A stretch of DNA of 64,000 nt, taken from contig OZ251231.1 in NCBI GenBank assembly GCA_965240325.2, positions 372,001 through 436,000 of the forward strand, written 5' to 3'. This DNA comes from Rebecca billardiae RCC1528 (taxonomy: Eukaryota; Protista; Haptophyta). Made by a program: the position numbers and the translations under genes. Below are positions 48,026-58,864 of the stretch, piece after piece (position 1 is the first letter of the stretch; each line of letters begins with the position of its first letter). The notes beneath the pieces were generated by a model, which had not been told where the DNA came from, searched no databases, and saw only the letters and a list, made by a program, of their open reading frames with translations.

Positions 48026-48510
48026 TCACCTGTTCTGAATGCGGCCAGCCGACCGCCCTGACTGAGTCCCCGGCGCGACACGACTGGCGATCAAGATTCA
48101 GTATCTCAAGGCACGAGGGCAACTTGATTGAGGGAGCCTCAGTGATCATTGAGGCCCGCCATTCGCCACTGCCAGCCCGGCGGCAGTCACCTCTGGCCGT
48201 GTCTGTCTGTCATCGTGAAGCTACTAGTAACCGCCGTGACAGTGTCACGGCGAAAGTCGATAGACGATACTGCTATCTGACTCTCGTCGATCGATCTGAG
48301 TACCATAGTGAGTATCTAAATTCCCCTTTATAACGGGCTCCGGGTGATCAGGCTGGCGGCCGAAGCCTCCAGCCCTACCCTGGCCAGCCCCCAACCAACC
48401 ACCACCCTCACCCAACCTCAAACCACTGACCGATACACCAAGTGTCTTGACACCACTCCACTGTGGACGCTCTTGACCTGTTGACCAAGCGCCTGCTTTG
48501 GCGGAACACG

Positions 48511-49500
48511 ATGGCGTCCGCCGTCTCAACGCGCATGCCGACGCTGGGGTCCATTCCTTCGTCCACGAAGGTGGTGGCATTGATTGCGCTCGGCGCGGTA
48601 CTCGCCAATGGTCGCAGCGGGGGCATGGGCGTGCGTCACGGCAAACGCGTGCAGCTCCGGGCGAGCAATCCGTCCCCGCCCACGTGTAGGTGGCACACAC
48701 GGAAGCCGTTCTTCTGGATCCACGTGCCGAAGACTGGCTCGGCTTTCCACAACAGCCTCGTCCACGCCGGGTGCCCAGCTGTCGTCGGGATGGATGCCGT
48801 GCTGAGTGTCGACCCCCTTATCCGCGCGATCCGTGAGAACGAGTGCGGCGCAAACTTCTCGAGATTCGGCGGCAGCCATCCTCCTCTGCCGGTGGGCACC
48901 CCGGAGCGCTTCGAGGGGACCACGCTCGTGATGCTGCTACGCAATCCGGTGCGGCGCCTCGTCTCGGGCTTCTTCCACGGGCTCCACGACTGTGACCGCA
49001 TGCGCGAGGCCTTTGGCATCACTCAGGCGATGAATTGCTCTGAGCGAGGAAATCGGTGCTACGACTTCTACCAGTCGTACACGGACGCGCACGTGCGGGA
49101 CTACGCCGAGTGCGTGGCGGGGTGCGCCACGAACATGCTCACGGGCAGCAGGTGCGGCTCTGGGCGCCCGAACCGGACCACCGTCAACCGCGCGCTCGCG
49201 CAGCTCGAGGGCTTCGACTTCCTGGGCATCACCGACCGATGGGAGGACACCGTGAGCGCCTGGAGCGCGTTTGCTCGGCAGCCTGTCGCCGAGAGCCACC
49301 TGGTCGCGCTGCGCCAGGGTAGCTACACGCGCAACGACCTGAGGCGCGTGGGACGCATATTCAGCAGCATGTACCTGCCAGATCAACCTCTGTACGAGCT
49401 TGCGGACAGGCGGCTGAGCATGTTCTTGGAGCAATGTACCGCCGCCGACTCAGACAACGGCAACACCCTGCGGAGTGCGGCTCACTCAGGCTTTGGTTGA
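48511..49500 (+). CDS. Type II membrane sulfotransferase-like protein
   Basis: N-terminal TM; FWIHVPKTGSAF; LLRNPVRRLVSGF; FDFLGITDRWEDTV; D..LY. Confidence 0.85.
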   Translation: MASAVSTRMPTLGSIPSSTKVVALIALGAVLANGRSGGMGVRHGKRVQLRASNPSPPTCRWHTRKPFFWIHVPKTGSAFHNSLVHAGCPAVVGMDAVLSVDPLIRAIRENECGANFSRFGGSHPPLPVGTPERFEGTTLVMLLRNPVRRLVSGFFHGLHDCDRMREAFGITQAMNCSERGNRCYDFYQSYTDAHVRDYAECVAGCATNMLTGSRCGSGRPNRTTVNRALAQLEGFDFLGITDRWEDTVSAWSAFARQPVAESHLVALRQGSYTRNDLRRVGRIFSSMYLPDQPLYELADRRLSMFLEQCTAADSDNGNTLRSAAHSGFG

Positions 49501-49510
49501 CCCCCCTTAG

Positions 49511-50222
49511 CCGTACAGCGCCGGGAGACTTACGGGAGACTTACTCCACTTTGATAGCCGCTCCCGGGCGCAAGGCTGGGGCGCACGCGACAAGAATTGG
49601 CTCACATTTTTCGGACACTCCGCGCGCGGGTCGGTTGCGCTCCGCTGCCGCCCGCGCGCGCTATACTAATAAAATGGCTAAAATTATTCAGATCATATTC
49701 TTGAAAATAGGGGTTTCCGTGCACGAAGACCCAAGCGAAGAACATGACTCCGACGGGCAAAAAAAGCAAAATCATAATAAGGTTTGCGGGCCTTTCCTAG
49801 GCGCTGGAGGGGACGGTGCCAGGCAAGTGACGCGGCCCGCCACGCGGGCGCTCCATGGCCATGTCGGCCGTCGCGGATGGCGTCAATGCACGCCACGTGC
49901 TCAAGACACATGCTCATTCGCACAAACTTCCGGGGTTGGGCGGGGCGAGACCGCGCTCGCGCAGCCGATCGACACTCAACGACGCTTGTGCGTTGCGGCT
50001 GCTTTGACACAGCGAACGGCAGGGTGCAGACTCGAGACGTGAGGGTCATGCGGGCTTGGACTCGTACTGTAGCCAGTGCCCACTGGCGGCAGCCCGCATG
50101 CCGCGCGTACTCGTCCGGACGCGAACTCGTACATCGAGCGGCCATACTGCTGCGCGAGTCGCCGCCCCACGTCACAAGCTCGCCATGGATCGCAGAGCCC
50201 GCGTAATCTCGGCGCTGTACGG
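49511..50222. mobile_element. 712-bp MITE-like element, 13-bp TIRs, 4-bp TTAG target duplication
   Basis: TTAG|CCGTACAGCGCCG (49511-49523) ... CGGCGCTGTACGG (50210-50222)|TTAG. Confidence 0.7.
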
Positions 50223-50241
50223 TTAGTCCGGTCACTAGCCG

Positions 50242-51006
50242 TTACATCTGGACTACAATTACATACATGGAGATCGGCGCGGGATCGAGGCTGCCAATGC
50301 GACGCCGGCCTGAAAGGTAGGTGCACCAGAACCGGCGACTCCATGCGCCCACGCGTCGGGTCACGCCGGTTGCGCCCGTGTCGTCTGGCGCGCGGATGCG
50401 CATGCCGGCGCTGCGCTCCACCCAGAGCTCAAAGCGCCTGACCGGATTGCGTCTCGACGCGCGCACGGATTCGCGCCTGTGCTCACGCGGCCCCCACTCG
50501 CACAAGGTGTTGGCCTGGTACTCCCACTGGGAGACGTACAGGTCGCACACGTTGCGGATGGAGGCGATGGCGAATGCATCTGCGGGTGGCTGCGTGGCGT
50601 TGTCGTCCTTGAAGACGAAGAACTCTTTCGGCAGCCGGCGGCTGGCGGGCGGCAGCTGGTGCCCGTCGGCATTGCCAGGAGGCGCCGGCGGATGTGCCTG
50701 GCGCTCGAGCGCGGCGAAGATATTGGAGACGAGCGTGCCCCCTGCCTTGGCCGGTCGCTTGTAGTACACTCTCGAATGATGTTGCATGACGGAGAGTGGT
50801 GGGCATGCGCGCGGGTGCACCGGAAGTTCGCGGAACTGCGGATCTGCTGCCTGCCACTGCAGCCAAGCGCGCGGCGCATCTCGCATCTCGTCGTGGAGCC
50901 GAAACACGGCGCCGTCGAGAGTCGGCAGGCATACCAGGCGGCAGATCATCCCGATCCACAGCAACCGATGCAAGAGCCGGAGGATGCGGTCCCGACCTTG
51001 CACCAT
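50242..51006 (-). CDS. Sulfotransferase-like protein (possibly C-terminally truncated)
   Basis: Hydrophobic N-terminus; YYKRPAKAGGTLV; SIRNVCDLYVSQWEY. Confidence 0.6.
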   Translation of the reverse strand: MVQGRDRILRLLHRLLWIGMICRLVCLPTLDGAVFRLHDEMRDAPRAWLQWQAADPQFRELPVHPRACPPLSVMQHHSRVYYKRPAKAGGTLVSNIFAALERQAHPPAPPGNADGHQLPPASRRLPKEFFVFKDDNATQPPADAFAIASIRNVCDLYVSQWEYQANTLCEWGPREHRRESVRASRRNPVRRFELWVERSAGMRIRAPDDTGATGVTRRVGAWSRRFWCTYLSGRRRIGSLDPAPISMYVIVVQM

Positions 51007-51273
51007 GAGCTCAGTCTAGCGATGAGCAAACGCCCATCGTTCATGCGTACGTCCGTGCCTATCCCGACGCGACCTTGCCGGACGCATCTTGTCGGCGCAA
51101 GCACTGGGGCAGCCGTTGGGCCGCGCCCAAAATTCAGTATCGTCGCATTGTATTTACCCCGCCGTCCACCGACGCCGCGCGCCGGTGAGGGGTAGCTCGG
51201 CCCCAGTCTGGCTTGGTCACCTCCTCCGTCTGGAGGAGAACGGCCGACGGCTTGCGCATCGCCCTAGCTGCAA

Positions 51274-51699
51274 ATGAAGACCGCTCTACTTGCCATCGGG
51301 GTTGCTACACTCTGTGCGCGCACAAGCGCGTTTGGCCACTTCCGACGCGCTCCCGAGCCAACGCCCATGCCCACGGTCGAGCCTGAGCCAACACCCGAAC
51401 CGACGCGGACTCCGACGCCGACACCGACGCCGACACCCTGTTCGGTCTGCCCGGCCGAGTCGGTCTTCTCCAAGTGCCCGACGCTCTCACCGACCAATTG
51501 CGAGAGCGACCCTGACTGCACGTACTGCACATCGCCAGCCGGCGTCACTTCTGGCCCTGAGTGCCGCGTGAAGTGCACGTGCGGCGATCCGACTGGCTCT
51601 GGTCTCCAGGACGCGACCACCCTGCTGTACCTGGCGTGCGAGTATCGGGACGGCTTGCCGACAGCCGACGTGGCGTCCTGGCGCGGCTGCGAGTGCTGA
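51274..51699 (+). CDS. Small secreted protein: Pro-Thr linker + 12-Cys domain
   Basis: 141 aa; signal peptide MKTALLAIGVATLCARTSA; (PT/PE)n stalk; 12 Cys in the last ~86 aa. Confidence 0.75.
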   Translation: MKTALLAIGVATLCARTSAFGHFRRAPEPTPMPTVEPEPTPEPTRTPTPTPTPTPCSVCPAESVFSKCPTLSPTNCESDPDCTYCTSPAGVTSGPECRVKCTCGDPTGSGLQDATTLLYLACEYRDGLPTADVASWRGCEC

Positions 51700-52214
51700 G
51701 AGCGCTCGACGGCGTGTTGATGGGCGTCGCGACGAGATCCACATGCTGTGCAGACGATGCATTTAGGCCCGCGCTGCGAGCGCTGCCGAGTGCCGGCTGG
51801 AGCGGCGGCTGGCGCAGCAGCCGCGCTCGACAATCGACATGCTCCCGGCTGCCCGGCAGCTCCCGCCGCCCGCGTGATGACCCAGGCGCGTCAGGGGCGT
51901 CTATAATAATTCGTCTGCATGATGCGCGCGCTATCATGATTCATCAGCAGCATATACTACTGTATCGTCGTCATCAGCAGTCAGCATGTACTGATGATTC
52001 GGGCTGGCCCCGTCTGTGTGCCCCCACGGCCGCGCAAGCAGCCTGCAGCGGCTTAGCGCGGCCGGCACCAGCGAGTAGTCCCGGGGACACAGTCACAGGC
52101 GCTCATCCGGCGGCGGCGGGCGCCCATCACGTCCACGGCGATAGGCGTCCCGCGAGCTCGCCTGGCAGCCCGAGCGCGCGCGCAGCGCCGCTGGCTGCGC
52201 TCCGGCCGGAGCGC

Positions 52215-55050
52215 TCAGCGGCCGTGCTTGGCGGCCGAGCGCGCGTTGCGCATCGCCTCCACGTGCCGCTGCTTGGCGCGCGACGCGTTGTCCATCTCTG
52301 TGTGCAGCTCGTTGTACAGCTTGGTGCCGAGCCCCTCGTCGCCGCGGCACAGCACCTGCACGAAGTACGTGGCGGGCTTGCGGCAGAGCTTCTTGCCGTC
52401 GATGTCGGCGGGCAGGTTGTCGACGCACGCGCGGTACCGCCCCTGGCGCACCGCGCCCAGCCACTCGGCGAGCGCGGCGCGGCTCCACTCCTTGGGCGCG
52501 GGCGGCGGCGGCGCGAGCGCGCCCACGGCCGCGGGCGCGAATGCCACGTCCAGCCTGTGCTCGCTCGTGCGCCCGTCGAGGCCGCACATCGCGGTGACGG
52601 TGTGCAGCGTGTGCAGCGTGTGCTCCGTGTCCGTGCAGCCGGGCGAGACAGTCGCGAGCACGCCCACGAGCGCGCGCGCGTGCGTGAACGACTCGGAGAG
52701 CACGCGCGTTAGCGTCGATGCGCGGTAGGGCACGTGCCGCGCGCGCGCGCCGCCGCCGCCCGCCGCGGCGCTCGCCTCCGCCGCGGCGATCGCGCGCAGG
52801 CACTCCTTGAGCGCGTGCAGCGAGGCGTTGATCTCCGCGCCCTCCTTGCGCCGCGCGGCCGAGTGGAAGGCGCTGTCCTCCTTGCGCTCCGTGCCTGCGC
52901 TCGGCGGTTAGGGCGGCGGTTAGGGTTTAGGGGTTAGGGTGCGGCGGCGGTCGGTGCGGTGTGGGCAAGCGCGGGAGCGCGTGCGCGCGCCGGTGTGCGG
53001 TGGCGCGCGCGCGACACACACACGCGGCGCGGCGGCGACGGGTCGGGAGCGCGGCGCGCGCACCCGCGCAGTCCACGAGCACCAACCGTCCGAGCGCGCC
53101 AGACGACGAGTGCGCGCCGTCCGCAACGTCGACGCTGATCACGGCGTGTGAGCGTGATGAGGTGGCGTTCGCAGCCGTCTCCTCCGTCGCACGCCGCGAC
53201 TTGCCCAGCTGTGCCGCGCGGCGGGGGCGGCGCGGTGCGCCACGGGGCGTGCGCGCGAGAGGCGAGTGTGTGAGCGCTGGCTGCTGCTGCGGCTGCCGCC
53301 GGCGCTGCTGCTGCCGCTGCCTCTGCCGGCGCGGGGCCGGGCGCCGCGCCGCGCCGTGGCCGCGCCGTGCGCCAACGCGCCCACGCAGCGCGCGCGCGGC
53401 GCGTGCCCTGCCCCGCCACACGGCCCTCCGCCCCTCGCCCCGCGCACGGCGCCTCCCACGAGCGCGCGAGGCGGGCGCGCGGCCCCCCGGCGCGCGGCGC
53501 GCACGCACCTCGATCGCCGAGATCAGCTCAGACGCCGAGCGCACCGGCCGCGCCTCGGCGCCTACGAGCGCGGTGCGGCCCGCGCCGTCGTCCATCAGAG
53601 TCACGTCGCGGCCGGCTGCGCGCGCGGCGCGGCGGAGCGAGGGTTAGGGTTAGGGTTAGGGTTAGGGTTAGGGTTAGGGCGGAGCACGCGACGGCAGCGC
53701 GACGGCGTGAGACGGGGCGTGCCTCGAGCGCGCTCGGCGCGGCGGCGTCGAGCGCTGCCGGAGCCAAGCGCTGCAGTGCAGCGCAGCGCAGCGCAGCCGG
53801 CCAGCTGTCGCGCGGGCGCGGGCCGCAGGCAGCGGCGCCGCGCGCACGCGCGCACGCACACACACGCACGCACGCACGCACACGGCGCCAGGCCCGACGC
53901 GTGCGCCCGCGCTCGCTCGCACGCACTCACGGGCGCGCGGGCGCGCGGGCGCGCATGCGCACGCGGCGGTGGCGCACCATCCGAGAGGAGGTCTCGCACG
54001 CGCCGCCCGCTCAGCTCCACAAAGGTGACGGTGACGGCCAGCCCGTGCGCGCACGTGCGCACGTCCTGCACAGCGCAGGGCGGCGCGTGCGCGGCGCGTG
54101 CGCGGCGCGTGCGCGGCGAGCCGAGGTCAGAGGCGGCCAGGGCGGCGTTGGAGGGTGGCCGCCGCGCGCACGCCGGCCGCCGCTCGCAGGTAGCCGCGCC
54201 CGCGGCGCTCGGCGGGTGCGGAACGCGTGCGGCGCGGGTGCGGCGAGGCAGAGGCGAGGCTGCGGCGCGGAGGCGCGCGGCGCGGGTGCGGCGCGGGTGC
54301 GGTGCGCGCCGCACCTCAAAGAGCTGCGCAGCGGCGTGCTGCTCAATGGCGGTGCACGTGTGCGTCTTGCCGCTGCCTGTCTGCCCGAACGAGAAGAGCG
54401 TGGACACGCCGCCCTCGCACACCTGCACGTTAGGAGTGGGGTGAGGGTGAGTAGGGTGAGTAGGGTGAGTACGGTTTAGGGCACGCACGCCGCGAGGGCC
54501 CGGCGCGCGCGGAGCGGGGCTCGTCGTGTGAGGCGCGCGCGCACCGCGCACGCGCTGCCAGGGTCGCGCGCGCGCGCCGCGGTCGCGCCGCGCGCACGCA
54601 CCTGGCTGACCAGCGGGCGTGCGCACACGTCGTACACGCGCTCGTTGGTCGCGGTCTCCCCAAACGCGGCGGCCGAGTGGAACGTCGTGTGCCGGACGAA
54701 CATGCGTTTCAAGTCCGCCTCGTGCAGGCACGTGTGCACGGTGAGGCAGGTGGCGGCGTCGGCCTCGCCGCCCGTGCCCGCGCCCGCCGCCGCCGCGGAC
54801 GGCACGCTCACCACGTCGAACTCGCCCGAGTCCTGCTCGCGCGCGAAGAGCGGCCGCTTGCGCACGAACACGCGAAGCCAGCCGTGTGCCGCGCGCCCGG
54901 CGCGCGCCTCCGACACGCGCGCCGCGACCGCCGGCCCGTGCGCCAGCCGCCATTCTTCGATCGCCGACACGAACGAAGGCTTGTTGTCGCGCCGCAGCCG
55001 CCGCTTGTCAAACATCTGGCGCGTCGCCTTGCCCGTGTTGTTCGCCTCGT

Positions 55051-55089
<39 letters not shown>

Positions 55090-56353
55090 ACGCGCCCGCC
55101 TCGCCGCGTACGCTCGGCGCCGCTGCCTCGGCGCCGCCGGCCGCGCTCGGCGGCGCGGGCGCGGGCGCGGGCGCGGGCGGCGCGGGCGTCGCGGCGGCCG
55201 CTGCGGCCGCGGCCGCGGCCGCAGATGTTGCGGCCGCCGAGGCCGCTCGCCCGCGGTGCGACGCGGGCCGCGCCGCCGCGCTCGGTGGCGGCGGCTGCTC
55301 GTGCGCCCACGCGTCGTGCGCGCTGTCGCGCGCGCTCGGCTCCGCCTCCCGCGCGGCGGCGGGCGGCGGCGGCGGCGGCGCGTGGCGGTGCTGCGCGCTC
55401 GCCTGCGGCTGCGCACTCGCGCGCTCACTCGCGCGAGAGCGCGCGCCGCCGCGCAGGGCGTGGGCGTGCGCATGGGCCGGCTCGGCGGCCGCGGCGCCGT
55501 CGCGGCCGAGCGCAGAGGACACGGCCGCGACCATCTCAGCCGTCGTGTGGCCCGCGCCGCCGCCGCGCGGCGAGGCGGCAGCGACGGCGGCGGCGGCAGC
55601 GGCGGCGGCTGGGCCAATGCCCGCACCCGCGCCCGCGCCGCCGCCGCCGCCGCCGCCGGCTCGTCTCTCCTCCGCCGTCCCCAGCGGCCCGCTCCTGCGG
55701 CGCGGGCGGAGGTCAAGCGACGACAGCGCGCGCTGCACGCTGCCAGGGCTCTCCAGCGGCATGCCGCCCGCGCCGCCCGCGCCGTCCGTCGGGTGCGCGT
55801 GTGGCGGCAGCACGATGGAGGGCGGCGGCGGCGGCATGTGCGCGTGCGCGGCGTGCGCGGTGTAAGCGGGCGGCGGCGGCGCTGGCGCATGCTTGGGCGG
55901 CGTGCTCCCGCGCCCGCTCCCGCGCCGCGCGGCCATCTCACCGGCCGCCGCCACCGCCGCGGCCGCGGCGGCCACCACCTGGCGCCTGTGCTCTGCGAGC
56001 GTGCCGCCGCCTCCGCCCGCGCCGCCGCCCTCCGCCGAGCCCGCGCCGTCCGCGCCGCCGCCGCTGCCGCGGTCGAGCTGAAACCAACGCCTGCGCACGC
56101 GCCGCGCGGGCCGGCCGTCGGCGCCGGCCTGCTCGACGGCAGCGGCGTGCGCAGCAGCGCGCTGCGCCTCCGCCGCCTCGCTCCGAAAGTGCCGCTCGGC
56201 GTGGGCAGCGCTCGTGTCCGCCGTCACGCCCGCGCCGTCGGCAGGCACCGCGCCGGCCGACGCACGGCGCTGGAGTCGACCCGCGCGCCACGCGGCGATG
56301 GTGCGGAGTGCGGAGTGCTCGACGCCTCCGCCCTCCACGCCGTGCTGCTGCTC

Positions 56354-56386
<33 letters not shown>

Positions 56387-57792
56387 CTCCGCCTCCGCAG
56401 CCGCCTCCGCCGCCGCCGCTGCCGCCTGTACGTTCTCCTGGGAGCTCGCCTGCCGCTGGAACTCGGCCAAGGCCGCGACGCCGCCGAGCGCAGAGGGCGC
56501 GCGCCGGCGCATGGTGGGTGGCCGCGCCGCGCCCGCGCCGCGCCCCTTCGAGCGCGGCGAGCGCTGCGACTCGGCGTGCTCGGGCGGCGCGTGCTGCGGC
56601 GCGGCGCCCTCGCGCGCGCCGCCACGCGCACTGCCGCCGCCGCCGCCGCCACACTCGCCGCCGCCGGCCAACTCTTCCGCGAGAAGCGTCTCCAGCTCCT
56701 GCTGCGAGCGGCGGCGCGCGCCGACGCCGCCTCCGCCTCCGCCGCCTCCGCCTCCGCCTCCGCCGCCGCCGCCGCGCGCGGTGTCGCGCGGCGGCGTAGG
56801 CGGCGGCTCCTCCGAGCCCGGCGGCGTGGGCACCGCCGCCCACGCCTGCCGCTGCCGCTCCATCGCGCGCTGCGCCGGGCTGTGCACGGACGTGACGCCG
56901 TCCACGAGAGGCGACACGACGGCCGCGGCGGCGAGCGCAGACGCGGCGGCGGCGCCGCACGCGCCACCGTACGGCCCACGCCCCGAGGCGGGCCCGGCCC
57001 CTCCCGCTGCTGAGCCGTCTGCGCCCGCGGGCACCGCCGAGCCCGCCGCGAGCGCGGCCGTCGCGGCCGCGAGCGCGTCGCCCGGCGAGCTCCCCGCGGA
57101 GGAGCGGCGGCGCGACGAGTGCTGCTTCTCAAACAGCGAGCCGCTGCCGCCGCCGCCGCCGCCGCCGTTCCCGCCAGTTCCGCCGCCGCCGCCGCCGGTG
57201 CCGCCGCCGTCGGCCGCGTCGGCGGCGGCTCCGGCGGCTTCGCGCAGGCCGGGCGCCATCACGGGCGCGAAGTCGGGCGGCTTGGGCGTGTGCGCCTCGG
57301 CGTGCCGCGCGGGCGTGCCCACCGGGCCGAGCACCGGCGCGAAGACGGGTGGCTTGGGCGTGTGCGGGTCCGCGCGCAGAGCGGAGGCGCGGGAGGTACC
57401 GTCTGCGGTGCCGGCGGCGGCGGCTCGCGCGCCGTCCGCGGCCGAGCCGGCGGCGGCAGCCGAGCCGGTCGGCACGGACGCGCGGCGCGGGGGCCGCGCG
57501 TCCGAGCCCGCCGCCAGCGCAGACGGCGCGCGCGGGTCCGCGCGGCGCGCGTCGAGCTGCTCGCCCCTGGGCGTGGTTGGCTGCACCGAGTGGGCGACCA
57601 TGCGCGGAGCGAACGCGTGATCGCCATACCCGCCCGGCCCGTCGTCGTCGGCGGTGGCGCACGCGGGCGGGAGCGCGAAGCCGGGCGCGGCGTGCTCGCC
57701 CGACCCGCCGCCACCCGCGCCGCCGCCCGACGCCCTCGGCGCGGGAGCCGCCGCGGCGTCGACGTGCGCGGACGCGCGCGCCGCGTCCGCGT

Positions 57793-57827
<35 letters not shown>

Positions 57828-58543
57828 GCTGAGTGCGGGCTGGAGCTGTCGTCGGCGGCCGAGTCGCGCGCGTCGGCGAAGGCGTCGTTGTCGATCTCGT
57901 CCGAGTCGAACGCCTCGGCCTCGTCCATGCCGATGTCCTCGCCGTCCTCCAGCTCGTCGTCGTCCTCCGCGTCCGCGAAAGCGCTCGGGTCATCCGGGCC
58001 GCCGAGCCCGGCGGCGCCGCGGCCGCCGCGCTCGCGCTGCGCCTGCTGGCGGCGGCGGATGCGCTCGTTGCGCAGCGCGCTCGCGCGCTCCATCGCCTCG
58101 CGCCGCCGCGACGCCCACTCGTTCGCCGCCGCCGAGTTGGCCTGCTGCTGCCGCTGCGTGAACGGCGCGCGCGGTGACGTCGACTTGTCGCCGCCGCCCG
58201 AATCGCGCGCGCGATCGGCGCGCTCGAGCTGGAGGGCCATCTTGCCCTCGAGCCGCGCGCGGCGCTGCTGCGCGACCTGCTGCTGACGCTGCGCACCGAT
58301 ACGCTCCATCTCGTTGCGCAGCTCGTTGAACAGCTTGCGCGCCATCTCGTCGTCGCCGATCATGTGCGCCATCGCAGCGACCGACATGCGCGAGAGACGC
58401 CGGCCGTCCACGCTGCCGAACTTGGGCGCGAGCTTGGCGAAGCGGCCTGATTGGCAGGTGGACATCCATTCGCGCACCTCGTCCACCCCCCAGTCCTTGG
58501 GCGGCACCGCGAGGGCGCCGTTCTCACCCGCCCCCATCGCCAT
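52215..58543 (-). CDS. Kinesin-13-like motor with N- and C-terminal SAM-like domains (multi-exon)
   Basis: VFVRKRPL, FGQTGSGKTHT, NATSSRSHA, LVDCAGTER, EGAEINASLHALKEC, HVPYRASTLTRVL, TEHTLHTL. SAM-like KDWGVDEVREW..DGRRL..ARKLFNEL and KEWSRAALAEW..DGKKL..GTKLYNEL. Confidence 0.9.
52906..52940. repeat. Degenerate TTAGGG tract at an intron 3' end
   Basis: GGTTAGGG..GGTTAGGGTTTAGGGGTTAGGG next to acceptor at 52895. Confidence 0.8.
53640..53679. repeat. Interstitial telomere-like (TTAGGG)6 at an intron 3' end
   Basis: Perfect array ~25 nt from acceptor at 53616. Confidence 0.9.
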
Positions 58544-58864
58544 ACGCCTCCAACGTCCCCACCGCCAGCTGGGAGGAGCGCCCCAACCGCTCTTCGAAGT
58601 GATGCGCGCGGCCGCCCGCCCGGCGGGCGGCGGCGAATTTATTTGGGCACGGCGATTTTGCGCTGCCGAAATCGGTCCGGGCGCGGTATGGAACCGGACC
58701 AAACCTTCCTTCGGCTGCTAGATAAGCCCTTACTCGGCAGCTCGCGCGCTACCAGCAGTGTGCCACCCCCGTCGAACGCAGCGCCGGCGAATGTCACGCC
58801 ATCTCATGCAGTCGTCAGTGTCACCCGCCGATTCATCAGATTGACGCCGCAGCGGGTCGCAGAC

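Noticed and set aside
53640-53679. Chromosome end or telomere fusion
   Set aside because: The arrays are short, single-orientation and lie inside introns of continuous genes.
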